Below are positions 14,184 to 44,800 of a stretch of 64,000 nucleotides of DNA, piece by piece; the first letter of the stretch is position 1, and the number at the start of each line of letters is the position of its first letter. Position numbers and translations under genes: made by a program. A model generated the notes under the pieces. That model saw only the letters and a program-made list of their open reading frames with translations, ran no database searches and was not told where the DNA came from. This DNA comes from Zygnema circumcarinatum SAG 698-1b. Lineage: Eukaryota; Plantae; Zygnematophyceae. The DNA is taken from NCBI GenBank assembly GCA_037447605.1, contig CM074812.1:2976001-3040000 (forward strand), in the 5' to 3' direction.

Positions 14184-14908
14184 AACCCTAATACTTGTCA
14201 ACTGACCTGCATGAAAATTTAATAGCTTTGAACTTTCCGCGTCCGTCGGAGCGCACATTTATTGAGAACTCTCCTTCCTGTTCCAAGAAAAAACCAAGAA
14301 GGGGGAGGTGGGGAGGCAGAATAGGAGGAAAGGAGTGAGTGTAAACAATAAACTAAAATACAAAAAAAAATGTCAGAATTGTATGAGAAAGTTTGTCAAA
14401 TTCCGACCTCACGAGAGATTGGAAACAAGAACCTGTTTCGAGTTTGATCCAATAGGGTCTGTTAAGGACGAGAGAATGTGGTGAAAGAGAGAGAGCGTGC
14501 AAGAGAGAGCCAAAGACAAAGAAAGAGAGAGAATGACAGTATGTGTACCTTAGAGAGAGAGAGAGAGGGAACGAGAACGAGTCTGAGAGAGGGGAATGAG
14601 ACAGAGAGAAAGGGGAGAGAGAGGGAGTGGACCCACGAGCATGAGACAGAGAGAGAAGAGAGAAAGAGAGCGAGGGAAGAGAGAGAGGACCCACGAGCAC
14701 GAGACAGAGAGACAGACAGAGACAGAGAGAGCAGAGAGACAGAGACAGGGAGAGAGAGAACGAGCACGAGTCAGAGAGAGAGGGCAGAGAGAGAGTGGAC
14801 CCACGAGCACGAGACAAAGAGAGCAGAGAGACAGAGAGACAGTGACAGTGAGAGAGGAGAGAGGGAGAACGAGCACGAGACAGAGAGATAGGGGAGACAG
14901 AGAGAGAG

Positions 14909-14946
<38 letters not shown>

Positions 14947-17115
14947 ACCCACTTGCAGCTCCTCCTTCCCCTGCGGGACGTGCACTCCCTGGAAGTCCTG
15001 CACTAAGTCGTAGCAGTTCGTGCATAGCAGCGTTGCGGGGTCGAGTGTGATGAGAGCGGTCGGGGAGACGCAGAAGACGCGCTTGTACCGCCCTCGCCAG
15101 GAATGCTTCAAGGAGGAAAACCGGCACAGGTATTCCGGCTCCTCCGGAATGGCCTCCTGCGGCCCATGCATCATCGACATCCATCACATGCATGCATCAT
15201 GGAACATGCTCTCTCTCTCTCTCTTTCTCGCTCATTCTCTCTCTCTCTCTCTCTCGCTCTTTCTCTCTCTCTTTTTCTCTCTCTCTTTCTCTCTCTCTCT
15301 CGCTCTCTCTCTCCCCTCTCTCTCTGTTTCACCTATCTCTCTATCTCGTGCTCGTTCTCGCTCTCTCTCTCTCTATCTCTGTCTCTCTGCTCTCTTTCCC
15401 GTGCTCGTGGGTCCTCTCTCTCTCTTTTTCTCTCTCTCTCTCCCTAGCTCTCTCACTATCTCAGTCTCTTTCTTTTTTTTCCTCTCTCCCTCTCTTTCTT
15501 TCTCTCTCTCTCTCTCCACCGTGCACCATGAGTGAAATGTGAAACATGCGTGCAGCATGCATCATGCAAAATGCTCTTTCTTTCTCTCCATGTGTCTCTA
15601 CCTCTCTCTCTTTCTTCTCCTGTCTCTCTCTTTCTCTCCCTCTCTCTCTCTCCACCGTGCACCATGCGTGAACTGTGAAACATGCATGCAGTACCCAGAA
15701 TGAGGACAACATGCGCCAATGTAAACGCACGCATCATGCGTCACATATAAATAACGCATCGTATACTATGGACCATACATAACACCACCATATACCGTAT
15801 TGCCGTACAGTCTGCACCACATACCATGCATGCCTCATGTTATGAAGCATGTACGATGTATGCATGCACACATGCAGCATCACGTTATATCATAGATCTC
15901 GTTGCTATCTATTGATATTGGACCTTTGGATCATCGAATTGGTGTCCTCATCCTATGAGTATGCCAAGCACAATGCACCGTGCCTCTCCCTCACCCTCTG
16001 CTTTTCCCTCCCCCTCCCCCTTACCCTCCCTCTCTCCCTTTCCGTTTTCCTCCCCTTCTCTCTCTCCCTCTCCCTTTCCATCTCCCTCTCCCTCCCCCTC
16101 CCTCTCCCTCTCCATCCCCCTCCCTCTCCCCTCTCCCTCCCCATCCCTCTCCCCTCTCCCTCCCCCTCTCCCTTTCCTTTTCCCTCCCCCTCTCCCTCTC
16201 CCTCTCCCTCTCCCTCTCCCTCTCCCTCTCCCTTACCCTCCCCCTCTCCCTCTCCTTTACCCTCTCCTNNNNNNNNNNCTCTCCTCTCCTACTCCCTCTC
16301 CCTTCCCCTGTCCCTCTCCCTCTCCCTTACCCTCCCCCTCTCCCTTTCCCTTTCCCTCCCCCTCTCCCTCTCCCTCTCTCACCCTTTCCCTCTCCCTTTC
16401 CATCTCCCTCTCCCTTACCCTCCCCCTCTACCTCCCCCGCCCTCTCCCCTCTCCCTCTCCCCTCTCCCTCCCCCTCTCCCTCCCCCACTCCCTCTCCCTT
16501 TGCCTCTCCCTCTCCCTTTCCCTTTCCCTCCCCCACTCCCTCTCCCTCTCCCACCCCCTCTCCCACCCCCTCTCCCTTCTCGCTCTCGTGCAAGATCCAA
16601 TTATGAATCAGCAACAACTAAATAATATTAATACACGACTCGAAAAAATACTCTCGTCATAACATACGTAGTGCGTACATGCCAAGGGCGGTACTTTGGA
16701 CATTGTACGGACATGCTAAGGACCACGGTCAAATGATGCATTGGCCCCTAATTATGAATTACCGTTAACTTAATAATATTAATTTCTTTTCTTTCAGAAA
16801 TTTTCCCTTCATTTGTTTAACGCTTAGATAATTCAATCATTTCAAATGAGGAGTAGCCTGCTACACTGAAATGCTGAGGAATACAAGGAGAGGAAGGGAT
16901 AGGGAAAGAGAGACGCAACGCCATGGGAGGGGGGAAGGGAGAGAGAGAAAGAGAGGGACGGAGAGGGCAGCAAGAGCGAGAGAGACACGGGGACACACAG
17001 AGGGGGGGAGAGAGAGAGGGAGAAAGGGAGGGAGAGAACGAGGGAGAGGGAGAGAGAGGGAGGCACTCACAATGCCCTGCTCCCCTCCCCCTGTCGCTCG
17101 CGACAAAAAGTCCAT
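347..17115 (-). CDS. GRV2: DnaJ homolog subfamily C GRV2 / RME-8 (DNAJC13), 5' part; gene continues beyond the left edge of the window
   Basis: Hand-spliced GT-AG exons (minus): 17115-17071, 15156-14953, 14277-14207, 13945-13816, 13114-12881, 11884-11797, 11074-10871, 10247-10146, 9699-9637, 9309-9093, 8355-8026, 7164-6893, 6382-6100, 5727-4741, 3379-3106, 1919-1703, 1217-1098, 589-347 (~1360 aa). Peptides recalled as matching plant GRV2: [138 protein letters not shown]. Phases are consistent except at the 10871/10247 junction. Confidence 0.95.
1925..2760. repeat. ~120-bp GA-rich tandem repeat in a GRV2 intron
   Basis: GGGAGATGCCAGGAGGGGAGAGGGGTGAAGAGGAG recurs about 6-7 times. Confidence 0.8.
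3565..4805 (-). repeat. Tandem array of 9 units (~125-170 bp), each copying the 3' end of a GRV2 exon and its 5' splice site
   Basis: Core (plus strand) CTAGCTTGACC..TTTTCCTCACCTGATTGAC..TCCGATACCAAGTGTGCTCCCAT recurs near 3573, 3703, 3868, 4038, 4176, 4325, 4460, 4587 and 4716, separated by variable CT tracts. Confidence 0.9.
12170..12705. repeat. 12-bp tandem repeat (AGAGAGAGTGGG)n in a GRV2 intron
   Basis: About 40 slightly variable units; source of the ERVG/SPTL pseudo-ORFs. Confidence 0.9.
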
Positions 17116-18252
17116 CACCTCCACCTGCCAGCGCGGCGGCTGCCGCCCAAAGGGAGGCCCCTGATTGGCTGGCGCCGCCTCTCCTCCACTCAGAAGCGGC
17201 CACGTGGGAGCCTCTGCTCCACTCAGAAGCGGCAACGTGGCAATCTCTGCCCCCCTGACAGGTGGCAGGTCAAGGGGGCGGTCAACGCCCAGCGAGCCAC
17301 CCAGTCTGTGACAGCTGGCGCCCCTCAGGAGGGCGCTCCCCTCCTGGCAGCCACTTTTTTTTGGTTTCTATGTCAGCTAGGGTTGAGGGCGGGAACTTGT
17401 CAGGAGGAGGGGGAGAGGGAGGAGGGCAGATCAGAGCGGGGCTGGCGTATGTGAGGTTAGGGTTTGGGTGAGAGAGGGAGTGGGAGAGGGAGAGGGAGGA
17501 GGGAGAGGGAGGAGGGAGAGGGAGGAAAGAGAGCGGGAAAGAAGGGAGAGAGAGAGAAGAGAAGAGGTAGAGAGGAGGAGAGAGAGGATGAGAAGGAGAA
17601 AGAGAGGGAAGGGGAGGGAGGAGAGAGAGAGAGAGAGAGAGAGAGCGCGAGAGACTCCAACTTGCCACGTGGCGGTCCGCTCGTGCGGGGGAGCTCGCGG
17701 AGGCGTCGGTCGGAGGTTTCCCGCGGAACGGGAAGATACTCCGCTGGCCGGGAGGCGTTCTATGTTCGAAGGGTCGTTAAACAGGAAATTCTGTAAGCAT
17801 GTAACAGAGAACTCGTGGCTATGATCCATGCGATGTCTGATTTTACAGTACCACAAAATATTGTTGACAAGGAAGGAAACGAACTACCGTACCGTACCGT
17901 TACCAGACGGTTACGGGCAGTTACCTTAGAGTTGCGGTACAGTTGTGAGCAGTTGCCGTACAGTTATGGTACGGCTACCATGTACTCGCATTACAGTCCT
18001 CGCAGTTAGGAAAATAATTTCAAAGGTTCCACAAAGAACGGGAAGTCGCAGTTCCGAAAACTTGAACTGCAACTGCGACTGCGACCCGTTTCCATGTGCA
18101 ACTGTACGGTTCCCGCGCTTTTTCCCGCGAATGAGAGATTTGAACGAAGCGAGGAGTTACTAATTTTGGAGTTTTCACATCTTCGCTGAAAGTTTTCAGA
18201 ATTATTTTTGCCGTATTTTCTTAGAGGAGATTTCGGGTTCGGAATGCAGGGT
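17116..18252. promoter_or_regulatory. Putative bidirectional promoter region between GRV2 and the DnaJ gene
   Basis: Divergent start codons at 17115 (-) and 18453 (+); contains a CCGTAC cluster (17886-17985), G-boxes (CACGTG at ~17200 and ~17686) and a telo-box at ~17458. Function is inferred from position. Confidence 0.5.
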
Positions 18253-18261
18253 GTAAGTGTG

Positions 18262-18445
18262 AGGGTTTAGGGTTTAGGGTTTAGGGTTTAGGCTTTCGGG
18301 TTTAGGGTTTAGGGTTTAGGGTTTAGGGCTTTATTATGTTTCAGTTCGTAGGCTTTTGAAGGGAGCTAGTTGCAGTTTCTCATTTTAGGGTTTTTAGGGT
18401 TTTAGGGTCTAAGATCAGGTTTCAGGGTTTAGGGTTTTGGGGTTT
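18262..18445 (+). repeat. Interstitial plant-type telomeric repeats (TTTAGGG)n / telo-box cluster
   Basis: About 9 near-perfect TTTAGGG units at 18265-18328 and degenerate units at 18383-18445, immediately upstream of the DnaJ ATG. Confidence 0.9.
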
Positions 18446-18452
18446 CAGCAGA

Positions 18453-22797
<4,345 letters not shown>

Positions 22798-24508
22798 TCT
22801 CTCCCTCCTCTCTCTCTGTGTCTCTTCCTCTCCCTATCCCTCCCCACTCCCTCCCTCCCTCACTTCCTCTCCCTCCCTCTCTCCCTCTCCCATTCCCTCT
22901 CCCTCCATCCCCATTCCGTCCCTCTCTGTCCTCTCCCTCGTTCCCCACTCCCTCTCACTCCCTCTCCTTCCTTCCTCACTTCCTCCTCTCTCTCTCCCCC
23001 TCTCCCTCCCCACTCCCTCCCTCCCTCTCTCCCTCTCCCTCCCTCCCTCTCTATTTTCCTTCTCATGACTACTTAGGGTTTTCGTGGTTTTGTAGGATTT
23101 GGAAACCTTTTTAACGGCGTTCTGGGTTTTAGGAATTCAAAATTGCGTGTATCAAACATTTGCTTTACGACCGTCCAACGGAGTTACTGTACTACTATTG
23201 GCCATAGAGAACTCTACAGACACTACGGATCACATGTAAAACCAGTTTTACGGTTTAGGTTTTCAGTAATTGTTTCAATGTTTCCTTCTACATTTCTTTC
23301 CCTTTTGGTTTTGGGGGGCAGGGGGCGGGGGGGGTAAGGCTATAAGTGAGACCAGGGGAGAGGGAGAGAGAGAGAGAGAGAGCAACTTCCAGTGTTAAAA
23401 TGTAAAAAAATTGTCAAAATGAAAGGAGAGTGACGCAGGAGGTTGCCACCTACATTTACATATGAAATCTATCTGTTCTCGTGTGATTCTTTTTTTTCTC
23501 TTTCCAAGTTTAGGTCCGACATATTTTTCATTTTTCATTGTGAGATCAATGCAACATCCTCCCTTTCCATTTTTAAAAAAATGAACATTGTTCACGCATT
23601 GAAATTTCAAAGAATTCGTTTCTTATACAAAAGAAATGTCTCTCTCCTTCCTCTCTCTCTTCCGCCTCTTAGCCTCCCCCCATCCCTCCCTCCAATTTTT
23701 CAAGAGAAATTGTTTCCACAAAGAAGTACGAACTCGAAACTGAGAAATTATTTCAACAACGGCCCGGGAAACAAAAATTAATATATGTGCTTTTTAATGC
23801 ATGGAGAAAGAGAGAGAGTGAGAAGGAGAGAAGAGGAGGGAGGGGGGTTGCGATAATTCCAAATGACCAAAAAGAAAAAGAAAAAAAAACGAGTGATATT
23901 TTGATTGAATAGCTCTGAAAGGCAAGAACGTGGGGAAGAGGTACAAAAAATCTAGAAAAAAAAGATTAAACCCGCCTAGGCTTCTGGAAGTTGAAAACTC
24001 TACATTTTGCTACAGCCCTACACTGTTAAAACACTAAAGAGTAGAGCACGTACAAATAGATACAGATGACGTGCAATCAGTCATCCTCGTGTGATAGAAA
24101 GTGCTCCCACTCCCTCCCCCTCTCACTGTCCCCCTCTCCCTTCGCCTGTATGCTATGTACATCCACCTGATGCTCTAACATCTCCCACTACCTCCGTAAC
24201 CCTTCACTTTCCCCCTCTCTCTCCCCTTCCTCTCTCTCCCCTTCCCTCTTCCATCCCCACTCCCTCCTCTCCATCCTCCCCCCCCTCCCTCCCTCTCTGC
24301 CTCCCTCTCCCCCTCTCCCACTCGAATCTATTTCACCAATTCTAAGTTGCTCACAACACCCCAAATTTGGAGTTTTCCTCACTTCCGTCCACCGTTTCTC
24401 CCTCTCTTTCTTGCTCACAAAAGTCTCGGCCGTCCGATTCTTCTTCAGACCCTACCAAATTAAGGATGGGTGGGGAAGGGAAAAATTCCAAATTCTTTTC
24501 TGCTCACT

Positions 24509-39075
<14,567 letters not shown>

Positions 39076-39139
39076 GGCCTCAAGCTTGCAAGCACTCACT
39101 CCTCTTGCAGGCTGAAATTAGGGTTTGAACTTTCAGTCC

Positions 39140-39380
39140 AAGAGTTCGTACAATGTCGTACAGTACCGTACAGTGCCGTATAGTTTCGTACAGTACCGTA
39201 AAGTGCCTGACGTACGGTCCTTGTACGAATTTCTAGAATGCTGTACGAATTCCTGTTAGTTGACGGGGCTTTTAAACTGTACGGCATACATTAATGATTG
39301 ATTTGGAACGTAGAGAATCTGGAATTATCTGCAAAATTTGCAAACTAGAAACCTAGGGTTTGTACAGTATGTGTACGGAA
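39140..39380. promoter_or_regulatory. Dense GTAC-core cluster upstream of FAB1
   Basis: About 12 GTAC cores in 240 bp (CGTACA, CCGTAC, GTACGG), next to telo-boxes AATTAGGGTTT at ~39116 and ~38901. Confidence 0.4.
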
Positions 39381-39994
39381 GTGGAATTAAATTTGTTTTT
39401 AGAAATGCTGTTGTCCCAACAGACCAAAATATGCCACGTGTACTTATTTGCTGACGTCGCAGTCTCTCATTCGTCCAACGAGAACTGTACATTTTCTTGG
39501 AAGTGCAAACCGCAAACTGATTTGTCCTGTGACCACAAACCGATTTCTTAAAATTAAATCTTTATATGGAGATTGAGGTCCATATTTTAGGACCTGCCGA
39601 TACGAGATCTATTAAAAAGAGATTTGGTAGCAAATTTCTTGTTCAGACTTGACTTGACTTTGTCTTATGTGTGATCTGGCGGCCCCTTATTGGCCAAAGT
39701 CACCCAGATTACCAAAACTTGTACTTGTCTTTCTATCACTACCTTTCTTCGTTTCGAACTAATTTTCAAGAATCAACCAATCATAACTCACCACGTGTCA
39801 TTATGTAAACGTGGCCTGCTGTCATTCGTTGGAGTCTGAACATATTTCGAAGTATATTTAGTTGAAATTTGTTTTCCCTTTCTGTACGAGATCAAGATCT
39901 AATTCGCTGCCAAGCGTTCGTACTGTCCGTACATGTTCTGAGGTCTATCTGGACAGGCGTCAGCGTGCAGTGAACCTGGACATGTCGTGACGGC

Positions 39995-40090
39995 AATGTT
40001 ACCGCATGACACATGTCACGGTGGGCATGACATTCCTCACATGACACACGACACATGACACATGACACATGACACATGACACATGACATG
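39995..40090. repeat. (GACACAT)n heptamer repeat
   Basis: CATGACACATGACACATGACACATG.. at 40046-40090. Confidence 0.8.
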
Positions 40091-40319
40091 TTGGCCGACG
40101 GTCTGTCGAATGACCGCTTGACACGTTCCGAATCCCCCCGATCTCGGGATGCTCGCCGACAGCGCGGTACCTTGACTGGTTTACATGCACTTGTTACATT
40201 CCCATCCAGTTCTAGTAGTTCCAGTTCCAGTTCTAGTTCCAATTCCAGCTCGAGTTTAGTTTCCGGTTACAGTTCAAGTTACAGTTGAAGTTGTTTTACG
40301 GGTTTGACTCAGCCTCGCT

Positions 40320-40555
40320 AGTGCACCAAACCATTGGAGCTGCAAGCATTGGCAACCATTGGTTGGGTGGCAATTGATCGTTGCAACTAGTGGCAATGGT
40401 TGGCTAGGTCCGCCATTCAATTGTAATGGTTGACGCATCTGTAATGTTGTCAACCATTTGCGACCAATGGTTGCGACTGGTGGCAACCACTGGCGACGAT
40501 TGATTGGGTCCGCTGCCCGATGGTGACAACAATGGTTGCAATGGTTGAATCAAGT
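40320..40555. repeat. Degenerate AACCATTG/CAATGGTTG motif array
   Basis: Multiple CAACCATT(G), CAATGGTTG and GCAACCACTGGC motifs within ~230 bp; same core as the arrays at 49601, 53100 and 62040. Confidence 0.6.
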
Positions 40556-41862
40556 TGTGAAGACTACAAGGACTTGGCATTGCTCTCGCGCATGGCGATG
40601 ATGCCATGAAATGTTCATGACCAACAACAACAACAACAACATGGGGAAAGAAAGAACCATGAGGAACCACCCGCTCAGAAAGGACCCGTATCCGCGTGAG
40701 ATCACTGTTCACATCGTCAGAACTCAAACAGGGTTCAGTATTAGCGCGTTACAGTGTGAACATACATTTTGAGAGCTACCTACTTCAAACAAAACGACAG
40801 AAAAACAAAACGACAAAAGTGACTCGCGTCCACATTTCCGCTGTGGTCGTTTGCAGGTCCCCAGGTGAAAACCCTCTTTTATAGTTGAAACATAACTAAT
40901 TCTTTGCAAAGTAACTTTCTCATTTTGATTCTGTTTGCAAAGTACGGAATTTGTTTTGTGATATCCCAGACGTCCGTTGCTCTTTTGGAACTCGTGCGTA
41001 ATTGCGAGAATTAATCGGACGGTCGATATTGGATGTGCTTCGTCCAATCGACGGCTGTTGTTTGTCGAACACCCAACCGTTGAGAACTTCCAACTGACGC
41101 CGCCTGGCGTCAATTGGAAGACTAGATCGGACGGCTCTGAACGCACAATGTTATTATCGGACGGTGCATATTGGCTGCCTACGAGTTGGAAGCGTTCGGT
41201 ACCTGGCACGCGCGAGCACAATCTGACGGTCCAGATAATACCTTGGAAATACAATCGACCGTCGAGATTTCACGATGATTTGGTAGGAAACAGGCCTGAC
41301 CAGCCGGCCGTAGGGTCCAAGCGAGCACCATCCAATTAGTGTGCGCCATGTGTCATGTTTGTACACGTGGTTCCAACTGTGGTGCGCCACGTAGCATATT
41401 TGTACACGTGGTGTGTTTACATTGGCCGGAACTTGGCCAATATTGGAGAAAATCCGGCAGGTTGGCAGGTTGGTACGTCAAATTTTCACCGCAGAACGTC
41501 GCAGGTGCTAATATTGATCTGACGGTAGATACTTCACAATGGTCCAAGAGTGACGGTGGAGATTTATTGTAAGGTACGTCACGTGTGAGTCTTCATCGGA
41601 CGGCGCTGATTGGACAGAGGTCAGAGATCGACGGCTGACATTCTCCAATTGTTTGGTATGGAGTTCAAGATCGACCGGAGGTTGGTAGAAATTTTGGCTC
41701 TTGAAAGTCTGCGAGTGAGAGAGGACGAGAGAGATCTTTGGAACTGTGTGATAGAGAGAGAGAGAGAGCGAGAGCTGTTGAGTTGCAGAGGGAGAGAGAG
41801 AGATCTTTGTCAGTGTGTGTGATAGAGAGAGAGGGAGAGAGAGAGAGAGAGAGGGAGCGAGG

Positions 41863-44800
41863 ATGGTGAAGATATGCTGCATCGGCGCGGGGTATGTGGG
41901 CGGGCCGACCATGGCCATGATCGCCCTGAAGTGCCCTGACGTCATGGTGACGGTGGTTGACATCAGCAAGCCGCGCATCGCCGCCTGGAACAGGTACCAA
42001 GCGCTGCAGTCGAAGAAGAAGCACTCCAATGGCGGCCCGAACCTGCAATGCAATGCGGCTGGTTTTTACTTTTGATAAATCGCTGGTGGCCTTGGATCAT
42101 TTGTGTTCTAAGGTTTTTTTTTTTTAATTAATCTTTGTTGATCTTGGATCATTGCTGTTCTAAGGTTTTTTTTTTAATGAAGGATGCTTCCGTTTGAAGG
42201 CGCTGTTTCAGTTTTCAATCGCCTTTGCTTTCTGAAATAATATCAAAACTGCCTCTTTGTTAAGCGTCAAATTTTCTTTTGTTTCCTTCAATTTTTTTCC
42301 TGGTTTTGTTTGCAGATTCGTTTGCATTGATCTCTTTTCTTTTTTTTCAAGCAGTGGTTTGATTATCTTTTGATGCTGGTCAGAATGGATATTTCTGTCT
42401 CACAATGTGGCTGAGTTGCATATTTTGTTATTCAGAAGATGCCTGTGTTCAGATCCGGCTCGCTGTTGCTTGTGGTTATTTATTTTGGTTATTTGACTGT
42501 TGCATTAATTCTTCATCAGAGTGAGAGGGGGAGAGGGAGGGAGAGAGTGGGAGAGTGGGGGAGTGAGTGGGGGAGAGAGAGAGGAGAGAGAGAGAGAGGA
42601 GGAGAGAGAGAGGGATAGAGGGCGAGAGAGAGTGAAAGAGAGAGTGTGTGAGAGAGAGGGGGCGAATCGAGTACGTCCTTTATTAATCGCTTGCATGATG
42701 CAAATATGTGATTGACTAATCAATCCTTGTTTGGAAAGAGAGAGAGAAAAGAGAGTGAGAGCGGGAGGGAGAGAGCGTTGACTGAGAGAGAGGGGGGGCA
42801 TTCATTTTCCTCATAGCATTTCCTGTCCTTCTCCTATCTGCAGATAGAAAGATGTCCTCACATGAGTCAACTAGTGTTCCTTTTTGTCTGAAGGAAATAA
42901 TTATGTTCTCAGAACTTTTGTCACCAGTATTTGGAATCATTCAGATATACAGCTCCATTGATCGCTGGCACTAGTAACGCTTGATCCTGCATTTGAGAGA
43001 TTGAGTGAGAACGATTGGCTCTGCCAGAGATCTCATCATGAAAGTGTGGGATACCTTTTCTTTCGGATCATCTCCTAACGTTAAAGCTCAGATCTTCCCG
43101 GCTGAGTTTAATTGTTGCTGCTGCCTTCGCCTGTTTCATCGCGAGGAATGACATAAGATTTTTTGGTTTAAAGGAGCCCATTTTCTTCGGTCAAAAAAAT
43201 TTGGGTCCTACTGGCTTGATTTTAAAAGCATGAAATTTACTTCATGTAGTGTCTCCTTCTCCTGCTGAGACTGCTTTAACTAATTCACAAGATAGAATGA
43301 AAAACCCTCACATTTTTCAAATCGCCTGTCTTAAAAGGCTTCGACTTGTCAGTGCTGCTGAACAGGATTCACTTAGCTTCTTTCTCATTCAGTCCATTCC
43401 TCTTTCCTTCTCTTCCATCGTCTCCAAGGTCCAGCGATCCAATGTTAAGGAACGCGATCCACTTTGTTTTCCTTTCCCTCACTCTCTCTCGCTCTCTCAC
43501 TCTCTCTCGTTGTCACTTCTGATATAACATTTAGGAATGCGTCCGCTTTCTCTTCTCCCTTTCTCTCCCTGCTCTCTTTGCTCCATCTCCCTCCTCTCTC
43601 CCTGCCTCTCTCCCCCTTCCCCCCCTCTCTACTCCTGCTCTCTTTCTTTCTCTCGTTGTCACCTCTGGTCTGTTGTTTAGGAATGCGTCCCCTTTCCCTC
43701 CCCCCACTCTCTCTCTCCCCCCTCTACACCGCTCCCTCCCCCCTCCCCCCTCCTTCCCTCCCCCCTCCTATCTCTCTCCCCTAACCCCGCCCTTTGCCCT
43801 TTGCCCTTTGCCCCCTGGCAGCGATACTCTGCCGATTTACGAGCCCGGCCTCGACGAGGTGGTGAAGGCGGCGCGCGGCCGCAACCTCTTCTTCTCCACC
43901 GAAGTGGAAAAGTATGTCGCGGAGGCGGACATCATCTTCGTCTCCGTCAACACGCCCACCAAGGTGCGTGGACCCTTAAACCCTTAATTCTGTGATTAGT
44001 CGTATTGAGTCGCCAACCAAGTTCGACCCTCTTATGCCTTCAACGCTAAACATTCCTTTTGACATTTCCTGACTTTTTTTGCTTTTCTTTTTAACCGTCC
44101 TTTTTTGTCTTTGGCTTATTTCTGAAAGCATGCAGCTGCTTGAGTCGGTGTAATCACTTTCTCAGCACCCTGGTGATGGCGTGGTGTCAATTTATGTTTT
44201 TGATGCAACTTAATTTCATCGCCAATGCTCTGTATATTCCAATACATCATAATGTTATGTATATATATACTTATCTTTATATGCCGTAGATATCATCCCA
44301 CACATTAGTGAGATGTGAAGGTGAGCATGAGTGAGAGAAAGTCATATCGATATCATCTCATGATGTATCCGATCGTATGCAGACCCGCGGTCTCGGCGCT
44401 GGCAAGGCGGCCGATTTGACCTATTGGGAGAGCGCCGCGCGCATGATCGGAGAGGTCTCAAAGTCGGACAAGATCGTGGTCGAGAAGTCGACCGTGCCGG
44501 TGAAGACCGCGGAGGCCATTGAGAAGATTTTGACCCACAACAACAAAGGCATCAACTTTCAGGTCTGATGATGGGCATTTTAACTTTCTTGTATTTGAAA
44601 CTGATGATCTGTGTCCATAGGACACAGGACTCGTTGTTTATTTGTTGCTTTTTCTCAAGGTGGGGTTCTTGAGTTTCTTCCATCCGAATTGCTTATCCTA
44701 TGTGATGATAGAAGTCAGTGAGGGAAGATGGTGGGAAAACAGAGGAATCTGGGAGCAGGTAAGGGAGGAGGCAGAGAAGCCGGGGGGAGAAAGGCAGGAT

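Noticed and set aside
17431-17856. Possible extra upstream GRV2 exon (MDHSHEFSVTCLQNFLFND..)
   Set aside because: No resemblance to known RME-8 N-termini and no convincing donor; MDFLSRA at 17115 matches the plant GRV2 start.
18262-18445. True chromosome end or telomere fusion
   Set aside because: The array is short, in a single orientation and flanked by intact genes on both sides; it is interstitial.
39400-41800. Hidden transposase or other gene between FAB1 and UGD-1 (ORFs 40724-41254, 40977-41339)
   Set aside because: No recognisable domain; short overlapping ORFs on both strands in motif-rich, promoter-like DNA.
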